From the NCBI GenBank assembly GCA_963666215.2, contig CAXWPL010000002.1, forward strand, positions 160,001-224,000: a DNA stretch of 64,000 nt. Direction: 5' to 3'. Within the stretch, counting starts at the first letter, position 1. Each line of letters begins with the position of its first letter. Shown here one piece after another: positions 30,724-40,462 of this stretch. Both the position numbers and the translations under genes were made by a program. Origin of the DNA: Acidobacteriota bacterium. GTDB lineage: Bacteria > Acidobacteriota > UBA890 > WLXD01. The notes beneath the pieces are model-generated. The model did not search any database, had not been told where the DNA came from, and was given only the letters and a program-made list of their open reading frames with translations.

Positions 30724-31176
30724 ATGGGGAGGAAACTGAAAGCGACGAGCCGGGCGGGGCTCAGCGCGTCGGCCTGGCGCTCGCTCGCCAAATCAGCGTG
30801 GAGCGGCAGCTCTGACGAGTCGGGAAAGGCGTCGTTCCAGGGGCTGTTGGGGCTGGCAGTCATGGGGACGATGGTCTATCTGGCGATGACGGTGATACCG
30901 GTGCGCGCTGCTGCCTATCAGTTCGACGACGAGGTGCGCGAACAGGTGGTTTTGCTGGGCTCGGGGCGGCGTCGCGTGACCGATCAGGAGGTCCGCCGCA
31001 CGATCTTCACGCGATCCCAGGAGCTCGGCGTACCGATCAAAGAACGGGACATCAATATCATCCGGCGGCGTGGCTACGTGCATATCACTGTGGACTACAC
31101 GATGACCGTCGAGTTCGCGCTCGGGTATCGGTACGACTGGAACTTCGAAGCAGACTACGAAGGCCCGTCCTTCTAG
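30724..31176 (+). CDS. Small membrane-anchored protein, DUF4845-like
   Basis: Pilin-like hydrophobic N-terminus; position right after lepB. Family assignment is inference. Confidence 0.6.
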   Translation: MGRKLKATSRAGLSASAWRSLAKSAWSGSSDESGKASFQGLLGLAVMGTMVYLAMTVIPVRAAAYQFDDEVREQVVLLGSGRRRVTDQEVRRTIFTRSQELGVPIKERDINIIRRRGYVHITVDYTMTVEFALGYRYDWNFEADYEGPSF

Positions 31177-31193
31177 CCAGGTTCGCTGGCGAT

Positions 31194-31484
31194 CTAGAGA
31201 CCCAGCGCCACCTGCCGGATCGAGGCAACCAGGGCGCGGCGCAGGAAGACGATCGCGAAGATCACGACGATCGGCGATAGGTCAAACCCGCCCATGGGAA
31301 TCCGGCGCCGAACCGGCGCGAGCAGCGGCTCGGTGACCTTGTACAGAAACTGCACGATCGGGTTGAACGGATCGGGTGAGACCCAGGAGATCAGCGCACG
31401 CGCCACGATGACGAAGGTGAAAAGGCCCAAGGCCATGTCGAGCACATCGGCGGTGGCCAGCATCAGATTACGCAGTACGAACAT
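31194..31484 (-). CDS. yggT: YggT family membrane protein
   Basis: ALISWV.PDPFNP, TEPLLAPVRR, DLSPIV. Confidence 0.93.
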   Translation of the reverse strand: MFVLRNLMLATADVLDMALGLFTFVIVARALISWVSPDPFNPIVQFLYKVTEPLLAPVRRRIPMGGFDLSPIVVIFAIVFLRRALVASIRQVALGL

Positions 31485-31511
31485 ATCGCTAGATCTCTCG
31501 GGTTCGTTGGG

Positions 31512-32240
31512 TTAATCGCGGCGCCCGAACAGCGCGGTGCCGACGCGTACGATCGTCGCGCCCTCTTCGATCGCGACCTCATAGTCGTTTGTCATCCCCA
31601 TCGACAGCTCGGGTAGGGCCGCCCCGGTGGTCTCGGCGGTGCGCTCGGCGAGCTCGCGCAAACGCACGAAATACGAGCGTGTTGCCTCCGGCTCGGGCGA
31701 GTAGGGAGGCAGTGTCATGAGGCCGCGTAGCTGCAGTGCCCCGGCCTCGTCGCAGAGTCGGCATAACTCGGCGGTGCGGCGGCTGATCTGCTCGTGGCTC
31801 GCCCCTTCGCGCTCGAATTCTACCTGCACGTAAGCGTCGAGCCGCCGGCCGAGGCTCGCCGCGGCGCTGTCCAGACGTTCGACGACCTGCGGACGGTCGA
31901 TGGATTGAACCGCGTCGAATACTGCGGCGGCCAGGCGAGCCTTGTTGCTTTGCAGGCGGCCGATGAGGTGCCAGGTCGCGCGGTCGTCCTCAGTGGGACC
32001 TTGGAGTCGATCCTCGAGCTCCTCCAGCTTGCGCGCAGCCTCCTGCACACGGCTCTCTCCGAACAGGCGGGCGCCAGCGTCGAATGCCTCGGTGACGTCC
32101 TTGGCCGGCATCGTTTTCGAGACTGCCAAAAGAGCGATGGAGCTCGGCTCGCGACCGCTGCGCCTGGCCGCAGCGGCGATCCTCTGGCCGACCACCCGGA
32201 GATTGTCCTCGACGCTACCCATGGGTGTGGATGGTAGCAT
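31512..32240 (-). CDS. yggS: PLP homeostasis protein YggS
   Basis: LLAVSK, WHLIGRLQSNK, GLMT, LSMGMTND, GATIVRVGTALFG. Confidence 0.96.
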   Translation of the reverse strand: MLPSTPMGSVEDNLRVVGQRIAAAARRSGREPSSIALLAVSKTMPAKDVTEAFDAGARLFGESRVQEAARKLEELEDRLQGPTEDDRATWHLIGRLQSNKARLAAAVFDAVQSIDRPQVVERLDSAAASLGRRLDAYVQVEFEREGASHEQISRRTAELCRLCDEAGALQLRGLMTLPPYSPEPEATRSYFVRLRELAERTAETTGAALPELSMGMTNDYEVAIEEGATIVRVGTALFGRRD

Positions 32241-32315
32241 CGGGGCCGCTCGCCGGCGCCGCTCCCGATCACGTTCGCGGGCGCCGATTCCGGCCGTTTT
32301 GCGCTGCGGTGTGGC

Positions 32316-32342
32316 CGAAACTTTCTCGGCTTTGCGGACGTA
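32316..32342 (+). promoter_or_regulatory. Putative ECF (SigW-like) promoter
   Basis: cGAAAC-17 nt-CGTA immediately upstream of the sigma-factor start at 32366. Confidence 0.55.
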
Positions 32343-32365
32343 CTAAGAGGCGTTGTGCGGAACAG

Positions 32366-32527
32366 ATGAGCGTGTCCGACCAAGAGATCGTCGCCGAGGT
32401 GCTCGCAGGCAAGCAGCACCGGTACGCCGAGTTGGTTGGGCGCTATCAGGGGCCAATTGTGAACTATGTGTATCGGATGATGGGGCAATACGAGGACGCG
32501 GTCGATTTGTCGCAGGACGTCTTCCTC
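32366..32527 (+). pseudogene. ECF sigma factor 5' fragment (region 2 start), fused in frame to a transposase
   Basis: MSVSDQEIVAEVLAG...YAELVGRYQGPIVNYVYRMMG..EDAVDLSQDVFL, then an abrupt switch to transposase sequence. Confidence 0.85.
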
Positions 32528-33346
32528 TGGCTGGATAGATACGAGCGAGAAGGTGAGGCCGGGCTGCTCGATCGATCAAGCCGGCCGACGTGCTGTCCGC
32601 ACGCAACAAGCGCTGGAGTTGTGAGGCAGATCGACAAGCTACGTCGGCGGCGACTGACGGCCTGGCAGATCAGCCGAAGGTTGGCTGTGCCGCGCTCGAC
32701 CGTCTCGGCGTGGCTGAAGCGGCTCGGACTCGCCAAGCTTGATGCGCTCGAGCCCAAGCCCGAGATCGTTCGCTACGAGTACGAGCACCCCGGTGACCTA
32801 CTGCACCTGGATACGAAGAAACTGGCCCGTATCCGGCGACCTGGACACCGCATCCACGGCGACCGCTCCAAGCGGGCCTACGGCGTCGGCTGGGAGAACG
32901 CCCACGTCGCTATCGACGATCACTCTCGGGTGGCGTACGTCGAAGTGCTGCCCGCCGAAGACCAACACACCTGCACAGCGTTCCTGCAGCGAGCCGTCGA
33001 GCACTTCGCTTCGATGGGAGTAGCGGTGCGCCGAGTGATGACAGACAACGGGCCTGGCTACGTCTCGAAGCGCTTCAATCGCCTATGCCATCAACTCGAG
33101 ATCCGGCACATTTACACCCGGCCCTACACCCCCAGAACCAACGGCAAAGCCGAACGCTTCATCCGCACACTCAAGGAGCAGTGGGCCTACGGCACCTGCT
33201 ACCAGACCTCAGCTCGACGTACTCGAGCTCTACGGCCCTGGCTCAACCACTACAATCGTCACCGTCCCCACGCCGGCATCGGCATGACACCGCCGATCGC
33301 TCGGCTCTCAGGGGTGAGTTCGTGAACAACCTACCTAGAACTCACA
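32528..33346 (+). mobile_element. IS481-family element, 5'-truncated; DDE transposase plus right inverted repeat
   Basis: WLDRY..EGEAGLLDRSSRP, HLDTKKL, IDDHSR, TDNG, PRTNGKAERF. Right end ..AACAACCTACCTAGAACTCACA followed by TCTAGT (NCTAGN target). Confidence 0.93.
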
Positions 33347-33347
33347 T

Positions 33348-35351
33348 CTAGTCGTCTTCGCTGGTCTCGACGGCTGCGGGTTTTCTGAAGGAGCCAACAG
33401 GCCCAGCAGACTCGTTCTGCTCGATGGATTGGACCGATTCGAGAGAATCGACCGATTCCTGCGGCAGCAGATCCGGCGACAGCGGTGCCACACGGAGTGT
33501 CTGGTGGCGGCTCAGTGTCACCAGCCCCGGGCTCGCCCCTCGGGGTCGTGCGACGTGGCGGACTTGCGTCCAATGCACTTCGACGCGAGTCGATCCACGC
33601 TCGCGGCTGAAGAACGCCGCCAAGCCGGCCGCCTCATGCAGCGTGTCGGTGGGGATCGCGTCGGCGTCGAGCCGCTCGAGGTTCCGCACCACCACGTGGG
33701 ATCCGGGTCCGTGCGAGTGCAGCCACCAGTCATCGCGTCGTGCCACGCGATGCGTCAATTGATCGTTGCCCTTGGCTGAGCGGCCGACCAGAATCTCGAG
33801 GCCGTCAGAAGATCGAAAGGAGCGAATTCCGGGCAGGTCGCGTGTTCGTACAGATGCCGGGGACTCTCGATCGCGCTCGCCTTCTGGCGAGTCGGAATCT
33901 GGCTCGACTTCCGTAGGCTCGACGATGGTTGGCGGTGTCGATCGCTCCGATGTCACCGCGGCCGGTAGCTCGGGGTCGAACAGATCTTCCGCGGTGAGCG
34001 CCATACGGCGCAGTCGGTCGCTCGATCTGCGCACACGGGCTACGAGGGATCCGAACGCGGCAGGCTCGACGACCTCCTGGGTCTCTGTCTGTAGTGCGCT
34101 GATGTGCTCGAGCCGCTTGTTGATCTCTCGCAAACGCTCGGTGTTCTGGCGCAGCTTGCGCTCCGATCGCTGTGCCCGTCGGTAGTAGCGTTGGGCGTTC
34201 TTGATGCGGCTGAGAGCGGGGTCGATTACGATCGTCAGAGTGGGCGTGGTGGCGCCCGACCCGCCGCCGACGGCGTTGCTATTACCTTGTTCGTAATCGT
34301 TCGGGACAATCACGGCGTCCCTGCTCGCCACCGTCTCTATGTGCTGGTAGGCAAGCAGAAGATCTCCCCGCTGACGTAGTCGAGTTGCCTCATCGTCGTC
34401 CGGCATATTGCGCGCCAGGCGGCCGCCGGCTCGCTTCAGGCGAGCCAGCTCAGCACGCAAAGCGGCGCCGAGCCGCGTACGCGCGGCGCCCAGCGATCGC
34501 ACGCGCGCGAGCCCGACGTAGAACGCCTCCGCCGCCGCGACCAGCGACGGGTAGGGCAGGCAACACGACGAGTCGCGGTGGAGGAGCTCGAACGGTGCGA
34601 GCGCCAACGAACTGGCAGCTTGCCGTGTGTGCAGATCGGCGAGCCCGCTGCAGTCGTCCGGCAGGTAGATGAACGCCGACGTTGGGGCGTCGTGGCGACG
34701 CTGCAACACTGCCGTGAGCGCGGAACCCAGAGGCGCACCCGTTGCCGACATCGCGAGTGCCTCGCGGGCCAGAAGCGGCGTCATGCCGTCGATTCCCGAT
34801 ATGAGCGCGCGCAGGCGGTCACGCTCGTTGTGCAGCATCGCGATCCTGGCGAGCCCAGCGGGCGTGATGACCTCGAGAGGAGCGCGCTGCGAGCGCTCAG
34901 GAGGCTCGTACGGTCTGCCAGGAGAAGGACGTCCGCCGCGCGGATTCCACACCGCCCGTACCTGGTCGTCGCCGTCAACGAGATAGGCGCTTGCACGCCG
35001 CGGCATGAGCTCGAACAGCAGGCGACCAGGTTGGCTGCCGCCCCAACCGAGCTCGACGATGCGATCGCCATCGAGGAGAGCGAGGCGGTTGATCCGTCGG
35101 CCGCGCGCCAGCTTGCGCGTGGCCATTGCAAACGCCGGTGGCTGCGGCAATGTGCGATGTCCGGCGTGCCGTAGATACAAGTGGGGTTGTTCGGCGTTGG
35201 CTGAAAACCACAGCCGCCGCGGCGTCGCGGCATCGCCGTCGAGGACCACGACCACGTGATGCCGCGGCAGCGCGTACACCTGATCGATGCGCCGACCGAC
35301 GATCAGGTCGCTCAGTTCGACGGTCAGGCGTTCGAGTACGGCGAGGTCCAC
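33348..35351 (-). CDS. NFACT family protein (RqcH/FbpA-like)
   Basis: DRIVEL..ELM N domain, NAQRYY coiled coil, DUF814 domain (ILVGRSAKGNDQLT, WWLH..GPGSHVV). Confidence 0.9.
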   Translation of the reverse strand: MDLAVLERLTVELSDLIVGRRIDQVYALPRHHVVVVLDGDAATPRRLWFSANAEQPHLYLRHAGHRTLPQPPAFAMATRKLARGRRINRLALLDGDRIVELGWGGSQPGRLLFELMPRRASAYLVDGDDQVRAVWNPRGGRPSPGRPYEPPERSQRAPLEVITPAGLARIAMLHNERDRLRALISGIDGMTPLLAREALAMSATGAPLGSALTAVLQRRHDAPTSAFIYLPDDCSGLADLHTRQAASSLALAPFELLHRDSSCCLPYPSLVAAAEAFYVGLARVRSLGAARTRLGAALRAELARLKRAGGRLARNMPDDDEATRLRQRGDLLLAYQHIETVASRDAVIVPNDYEQGNSNAVGGGSGATTPTLTIVIDPALSRIKNAQRYYRRAQRSERKLRQNTERLREINKRLEHISALQTETQEVVEPAAFGSLVARVRRSSDRLRRMALTAEDLFDPELPAAVTSERSTPPTIVEPTEVEPDSDSPEGERDRESPASVRTRDLPGIRSFRSSDGLEILVGRSAKGNDQLTHRVARRDDWWLHSHGPGSHVVVRNLERLDADAIPTDTLHEAAGLAAFFSRERGSTRVEVHWTQVRHVARPRGASPGLVTLSRHQTLRVAPLSPDLLPQESVDSLESVQSIEQNESAGPVGSFRKPAAVETSEDD

Positions 35352-35425
35352 CGCTCGTCTACTTGGCTACTTGTTTGCGGAGATTCGTCGAACGGGCCTG
35401 GCACCCTGGCGATAACCAGAGGTCG

Positions 35426-36067
35426 CTAGAAGTACCGCGTGCGAATCGAATCGGCGACCTGCAGTACCTGCCGGCGGTAGATGCGGGGCACCCAGCCGCG
35501 TTCCTCGACGAGCTCGGTGAGGCGCGTGGGGCCCACGTTGTAGGCGGCGAGTGCGACGTCAAGATCGTCGAAGCGATGGATCAGCTTCCGCAGATAGAAG
35601 CTCCCGAGCAGAATGTTGATCTGCGGATCGGTGAGCAGCTCGGCTCCGCGCCACTCAATATCGAGCTCTTCGGCCAGCGCCGAAGCCGTTGCCGGCATCA
35701 GCTGCATGAGGCCAACGGCGCCCATACCCGATTCGGCATCGACGATGAAGCGGCTCTCGGTAAAGATGATGCTCAGGATGAGCTCCGGCGCCAGGTCGTA
35801 CCGCTGCGCAGCCTCGATGATGGTGTCGGCAACGGCGCGCTTCTTGTTGGGAGCGACATCGAGGCGATAGTGATCCAGCACGCGCAATACGGCGATCTCG
35901 ACGCGCGCGGCTTCGGCATCCGCCTTGAGGAGCGCAATCCTGGAACGGTACGCGGCAGTCTCGGCGTCGTGCCGCACGAGGGCCGTGTCGTAGTCACGAA
36001 CGGCCTGAAGTAACACCAGGTTCAAACAGACGAGGCCAAGTGCAACCCACTGCAACTTGTTGCCCAT
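35426..36067 (-). CDS. Lytic transglycosylase (SLT domain) with N-terminal anchor
   Basis: IFTESRF, GAVGLMQLMP, NILLGSFYL, ALAAYNVG. Confidence 0.92.
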   Translation of the reverse strand: MGNKLQWVALGLVCLNLVLLQAVRDYDTALVRHDAETAAYRSRIALLKADAEAARVEIAVLRVLDHYRLDVAPNKKRAVADTIIEAAQRYDLAPELILSIIFTESRFIVDAESGMGAVGLMQLMPATASALAEELDIEWRGAELLTDPQINILLGSFYLRKLIHRFDDLDVALAAYNVGPTRLTELVEERGWVPRIYRRQVLQVADSIRTRYF

Positions 36068-36097
36068 CGATCTCTTCTCCAGCCCGCGGCGTACGCA

Positions 36098-36252
36098 CAC
36101 TCCCGAGCCGTATGTAGAGAAAGTGCTGCTAGCGCTTTCTGCGGGAGTGGGCATCGCGTTGCGGGACAGCCCCCCGGTTGTCCCATCTTGCTCCTGGCCG
36201 CGGGGGGAGCTCGGGCCAGGCGAGGCTTGGTGAGTACCCACTATCCAAGCCT
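36098..36252 (-). ncRNA. Candidate structured 5' leader RNA of the transglycosylase gene
   Basis: Four consecutive hairpins between promoter and RBS; complementary loops CCCCCCG/CGGGGGG. Confidence 0.5.
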
Positions 36253-36266
36253 GCGTAGATCCTTGA

Positions 36267-36294
36267 ATTTTAGCCGCTCGTTGCCCTGGGTCAA
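36267..36294 (-). promoter_or_regulatory. Sigma70-like promoter for the transglycosylase
   Basis: TTGACC-16 nt-TAAAAT with an AT-rich region upstream. Confidence 0.6.
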
Positions 36295-36437
36295 GAGGAA
36301 AAACGCGGCCTCAACTCTTTTTTAGTGTGTTTTACTGAGCAATAATATGCTTTTAAGATCATACAAATTAAAAATTGACCATTCGTATCTAATTCAGCTC
36401 GAGAGGCCCACTCGAGAACAGGCAGAACCGAGGGCGT

Positions 36438-36466
36438 TTGACACGTCGCGCGGCCGCTCGGATAAT
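36438..36466 (+). promoter_or_regulatory. Sigma70 promoter of the gap operon
   Basis: TTGACA-17 nt-GATAAT. Confidence 0.72.
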
Positions 36467-36649
36467 CCGGCCAACGATCGATGGGTTGCTCCGATGCAAG
36501 GGGCGCCTCACGCCATTCGTTCCGCCCGCACCGTTTCCCGACCGAAGCCCACGTGGGCGGTCGGGCGCTCGCGGACCGAGTGCCACTGCCCTCGCTGGTC
36601 CCCGAAGCCGAAGCGATCCGATCTTCGACCGTTCCTGAAGGAGGCTCCC

Positions 36650-37657
36650 ATGTCCGTTCGCGTCGCCATCAACGGCTTTGGACGTATCGGCCGCAACGTG
36701 GTTCGCGCGGCAAAGCGCGACAACGCCGACATCGACTTTGTGGCCATCAACGATCTCACCGACCCTGAGACGCTCGCGCACCTGCTGCGCTACGACTCGG
36801 TACACGGCCGGTACCAAGGCGAAGTGAAGGTCGATGGGGATTTCCTACGCATCGACGACGACTCGATTCGAGTGCTGTCCGAGCGCGATCCCGCCGGCTT
36901 GCCGTGGGGGGATCTGGGGGTCGACATTGTTGTGGAGTCGACCGGCCTGTTTCGCACTCGTGAGGCGGCTGGCAAGCACCTCGCGGCAGGCGCCAAGAAG
37001 GTGATCATCTCTGCTCCCGCGGTGGAGCCGGACGTCACCATTTGCCTCGGTGTCAATCAAGAGACTTACGACGCCGACAACCACCACATCATCTCGAATG
37101 CATCCTGCACGACCAATTGCCTGGCACCGATAGCCAAGGTGCTCAACGACAACGTTGGCATCGAGAAAGGCTGGATGACGACGATCCACGCCTACACCAA
37201 CGGTCAGCAGATTCTCGATTTGCCGCACAAAGACCTACGCCGGGCGCGCGCGGCGGCACTGTCGATGATTCCGACCACCACTGGCGCCGCCAAAGCCGTT
37301 GGGCTGGTGCTGCCGGAACTGCTGGGCAAGCTCGACGGATTCTCGATTCGCGTTCCCACCCCGGACGTTTCGGTGGTCGATCTGGTGGCCAAGGTCGGGC
37401 GCACCACCAGCCCCGAGGAAGTCAACGACTTCATGCGCGCAGCCGCCGCTGGTGCGCAGCAGAACGTGCTCCACGTTTCCGACGAGCCCTTGGTGTCGGT
37501 TGACTACGTGGGGTGTCCCTTCTCGTCGGTTCTCGATGCCGAGTTTACCCGTGTGGTCGATGGCGATCTCGTGCAACTGATGTCGTGGTACGACAACGAG
37601 ATGGGCTACTCGACTCGGGTGAAGGATCTGGCCGAGTTCGTCGGCTCGCGGTCATAA
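36650..37657 (+). CDS. gap: Glyceraldehyde-3-phosphate dehydrogenase type I
   Basis: [27 protein letters not shown]; AAGGAGG RBS. Confidence 0.98.
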   Translation: MSVRVAINGFGRIGRNVVRAAKRDNADIDFVAINDLTDPETLAHLLRYDSVHGRYQGEVKVDGDFLRIDDDSIRVLSERDPAGLPWGDLGVDIVVESTGLFRTREAAGKHLAAGAKKVIISAPAVEPDVTICLGVNQETYDADNHHIISNASCTTNCLAPIAKVLNDNVGIEKGWMTTIHAYTNGQQILDLPHKDLRRARAAALSMIPTTTGAAKAVGLVLPELLGKLDGFSIRVPTPDVSVVDLVAKVGRTTSPEEVNDFMRAAAAGAQQNVLHVSDEPLVSVDYVGCPFSSVLDAEFTRVVDGDLVQLMSWYDNEMGYSTRVKDLAEFVGSRS

Positions 37658-37661
37658 GCGA

Positions 37662-38930
37662 ATGGTCGACGGGCAGCCCGAGCCCGAGACACGCGCGCTC
37701 GGTGCGGTTGAAGGTCGCAGCGCGCCAACGGCGGCGGTGTTGCGCGGCAAGGTTCGGCTGCAGGATCTGAACGTTGGCGGGCAGCCGGTTTTGGTGCGCG
37801 CCGATCTCAACGTCCCGGTCGAGGACGGCGAAGTCACCGACGCGACGCGTATCGAGGGGACGTTGCCGACACTGCGTCACCTGCTGCGCGGTGGCGCTCG
37901 CGTTGTGCTGATGTCGCACCGTGGTCGCCCAGGCGGCCGTCGGCGCCCGGAGCTGTCGATGGCGCCCGTGGCGGTGGCCTTGTCGCGGCGTCTGCAGGCG
38001 TCCGTGGTAGCGGTCGAGGAGTGCATCGGCGATGGTGTAGGTCGGGCGATCGAACGGCTCTCGGACGGCGACGTGTTGCTGCTCGAGAATCTGCGGTTCC
38101 ACCCGGGCGAGACCGCCAACGACAACGAGTTCGCCGCCGCGCTCGCTGCGCACGCTCCGATCTACGTCAACGACGCCTTCGGTGCTTCGCATCGTGCCCA
38201 CGCATCGATTGCCGGCGTGCCCGAGCGCTGCGAGGTTGCTGCGGTGGGCGATCTTCTCTATCGCGAGGTGACGACACTGAGCCGCGTGCTCGTTCAGCCC
38301 ACGGCACCGTTCGTTCTCGTGCTTGGCGGTGCCAAGGTCACCGACAAGGTCGGTTTAGTGGGCAATCTGCTGCCTCTGGTCGATCGGATCGTGATCGGCG
38401 GCGCGATGGCCAACGCCTTCCTGGTGGCCGAGGGGCGCGATCTGGGCGGCTCGTACGCGCCAGAAGAGTCGATCAGCGGAGCCGCCGAGATTGTCGAGCG
38501 CGCCCGCGACTCGGGTGTCGAGTTGGTGCTGCCGCACGACTTTGTTGTTGCATCATCGCGCGACCGTGGTGACGAGGCTCGCATCACCGAGCACGTTGGT
38601 GCCGAAGAGATGGCGCTCGACATCGGCCCCGAAAGCCGAGAGCGGTTCGGCGCAGCCCTGGTGGGTGCGCGCACGGTGGTGTGGAACGGTCCGATGGGTG
38701 TTTTCGAGACCGAGGCGTTCGCGGGCGGCACCCGCACTGTAGCAGCCGCGATTGCCGATCTGGGGTCGGAGGCATTCACTGTGCTCGGCGGCGGCGACAC
38801 CGCCGCGGCCGCGTCGATGACAGGGATCACCCACCAGGTCTCGCACATTTCCACCGGCGGCGGAGCGGTGCTCGAGCTCCTGGGAGGCGCTATTCTCCCC
38901 GGCGTGTCGGTTCTCAGCGATCGTGGCTGA
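37662..38930 (+). CDS. pgk: Phosphoglycerate kinase
   Basis: RADLNVP, LLENLRF, NDAFGASHR, GGAKV, WNGPMG, STGGGA. Confidence 0.97.
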   Translation: MVDGQPEPETRALGAVEGRSAPTAAVLRGKVRLQDLNVGGQPVLVRADLNVPVEDGEVTDATRIEGTLPTLRHLLRGGARVVLMSHRGRPGGRRRPELSMAPVAVALSRRLQASVVAVEECIGDGVGRAIERLSDGDVLLLENLRFHPGETANDNEFAAALAAHAPIYVNDAFGASHRAHASIAGVPERCEVAAVGDLLYREVTTLSRVLVQPTAPFVLVLGGAKVTDKVGLVGNLLPLVDRIVIGGAMANAFLVAEGRDLGGSYAPEESISGAAEIVERARDSGVELVLPHDFVVASSRDRGDEARITEHVGAEEMALDIGPESRERFGAALVGARTVVWNGPMGVFETEAFAGGTRTVAAAIADLGSEAFTVLGGGDTAAAASMTGITHQVSHISTGGGAVLELLGGAILPGVSVLSDRG

Positions 38931-38963
38931 GGGCAAATTCTTCAACCCGACAACTCAAACCCG

Positions 38964-39740
38964 ATGACGACCATGGCTTCGCGAACCTTGCTGATTGCGG
39001 GCAACTGGAAGATGCACAAGACGGTTGCTGCCACGCGCACACTGATCGCCGAGCTCCGCGACAGGCTGGATGGAGACGGGTCTCGAGGAGTTGACGTCGC
39101 CATTGCACCGCCCTTCACCGCGCTCGGGGCCGCGGCCGCGGCTCTCGCCGGCAGCTCGATCGAGCTTTGGGCGCAGAACATGCACGCCGAAGACAGCGGT
39201 GCTTTCACCGGCGAGGTATCGCCCGTGATGCTTACCGACATCGGGGCCGATGCCGTGCTCCTGGGGCATTCTGAGCGGCGGGCGATCTTCGGCGAGACCG
39301 ATGTCGACGTCTGCCGCAAGTTGCGCGCGGCTCTGGCACACGACCTGCGTGTCACCCTGTGTGTGGGCGAGTCGGAAGCCCAACGCAAGGCGGGTCAGAC
39401 TACCGACGTTGTCGCGGCGCAGGTGCGGGGCGCTCTCGAGGGGCTGCCCTCGGAGCGCAGCTCGCATCTCGTGTTGGCGTACGAGCCTGTCTGGGCCATT
39501 GGCACGGGGTTGACGGCCACACCGGAGCAGGCGCAAGAGGTCCACGCGATGATCCGGGGCCTGCTGGGCGAGCAGCTGGGCGCGCGGGTTGCCGATGCCA
39601 TCCGCATCCAGTACGGCGGTAGCGTGAAGCCGAGCAACGCCAAGGAGCTGATGAGCCAGCCCGATATCGATGGCGCTCTGGTCGGCGGTGCGAGCCTCGA
39701 CGCCGATTCTTTTGTCGGTATCGTGCGAGCGCTGGCGTAG
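38964..39740 (+). CDS. tpiA: Triosephosphate isomerase
   Basis: AGNWKM, GHSERR, AYEPVWAIGTG, YGGSV. Confidence 0.98.
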   Translation: MTTMASRTLLIAGNWKMHKTVAATRTLIAELRDRLDGDGSRGVDVAIAPPFTALGAAAAALAGSSIELWAQNMHAEDSGAFTGEVSPVMLTDIGADAVLLGHSERRAIFGETDVDVCRKLRAALAHDLRVTLCVGESEAQRKAGQTTDVVAAQVRGALEGLPSERSSHLVLAYEPVWAIGTGLTATPEQAQEVHAMIRGLLGEQLGARVADAIRIQYGGSVKPSNAKELMSQPDIDGALVGGASLDADSFVGIVRALA

Positions 39741-39851
39741 CGGCCGCGATGGTACACTGATCGGGATCGGCGGCCAGGCTGGTTCGGCCGCCATTCGTAC
39801 GTCAGGGAGCGCAAGAGCGCTTCCACGGCTGCTCAGAACAGAGATCCTCCG

Positions 39852-40214
39852 ATGACCTTCCTGCTCGCTAGCCTGCACGTCTTCGTTTGCTTGTTCCTGA
39901 TTTTTGTTGTCCTGCTGCAGTCGGCACAGGCAGCCGACCTCGCCGGAGCGTTTGGCGGCGGTGGTAGCCAGACGGCGCTCGGCATGCGGGGCACGGCGAC
40001 TCTGCTGCAGAAGGCCACCACCGGTGCGGCGATCATCTTCATGCTGACGTCACTGTCGCTGGGTCTCTTCGGTCGCCGCGAGACGTCGATCATCGAGGGG
40101 ATCGAGGGCCCGCCGCCGGCGGCAGGTGCTGCGGCCACCGACGCCGATCCCGCCGACGAGACGTCTGGAGACGCCGCTGGTGAGGTTGACGAGTCTGCCG
40201 GCGCCGAAGCATAG
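39852..40214 (+). CDS. secG: Preprotein translocase subunit SecG
   Basis: VLLQ...DLAGAFGGG with two TMs; canonical position after tpiA. Confidence 0.93.
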   Translation: MTFLLASLHVFVCLFLIFVVLLQSAQAADLAGAFGGGGSQTALGMRGTATLLQKATTGAAIIFMLTSLSLGLFGRRETSIIEGIEGPPPAAGAAATDADPADETSGDAAGEVDESAGAEA

Positions 40215-40462
40215 GAGGGCGAAGGCGAGGCCACGTCCGCGGAGTCTGGCGAGGGCTCAGAGGGCGATCCGAGCCCAGGCTCTTCCGGCGAGGGGCAGGG
40301 GAGCGGCGGCGACTAGTCGACCGTCCGGCCACCCGATCGCTGGATACCAGGGTTGGCGAGCAGGCTCGACAGCTCGCGGCTCAGCCGACAGCGGATCAGC
40401 GCCGGGATCGCCCCGCCAAAGGCTTTCGCGCGGCATCTTGATCGACTAGCCTTACGCCTCGC

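Noticed and set aside
36098-36252. c-di-AMP (ydaO) riboswitch
   Set aside because: Its conserved sequence blocks are not visible; kept only as an unknown structured leader.
36347-36649. N-terminal extensions in the ORF track (gap, mraZ, murD, lepB, TonB receptor, VWA)
   Set aside because: These are artefacts of longest-ORF calling. Downstream starts are better supported by RBSs, gene overlaps or promoters inside the extensions.
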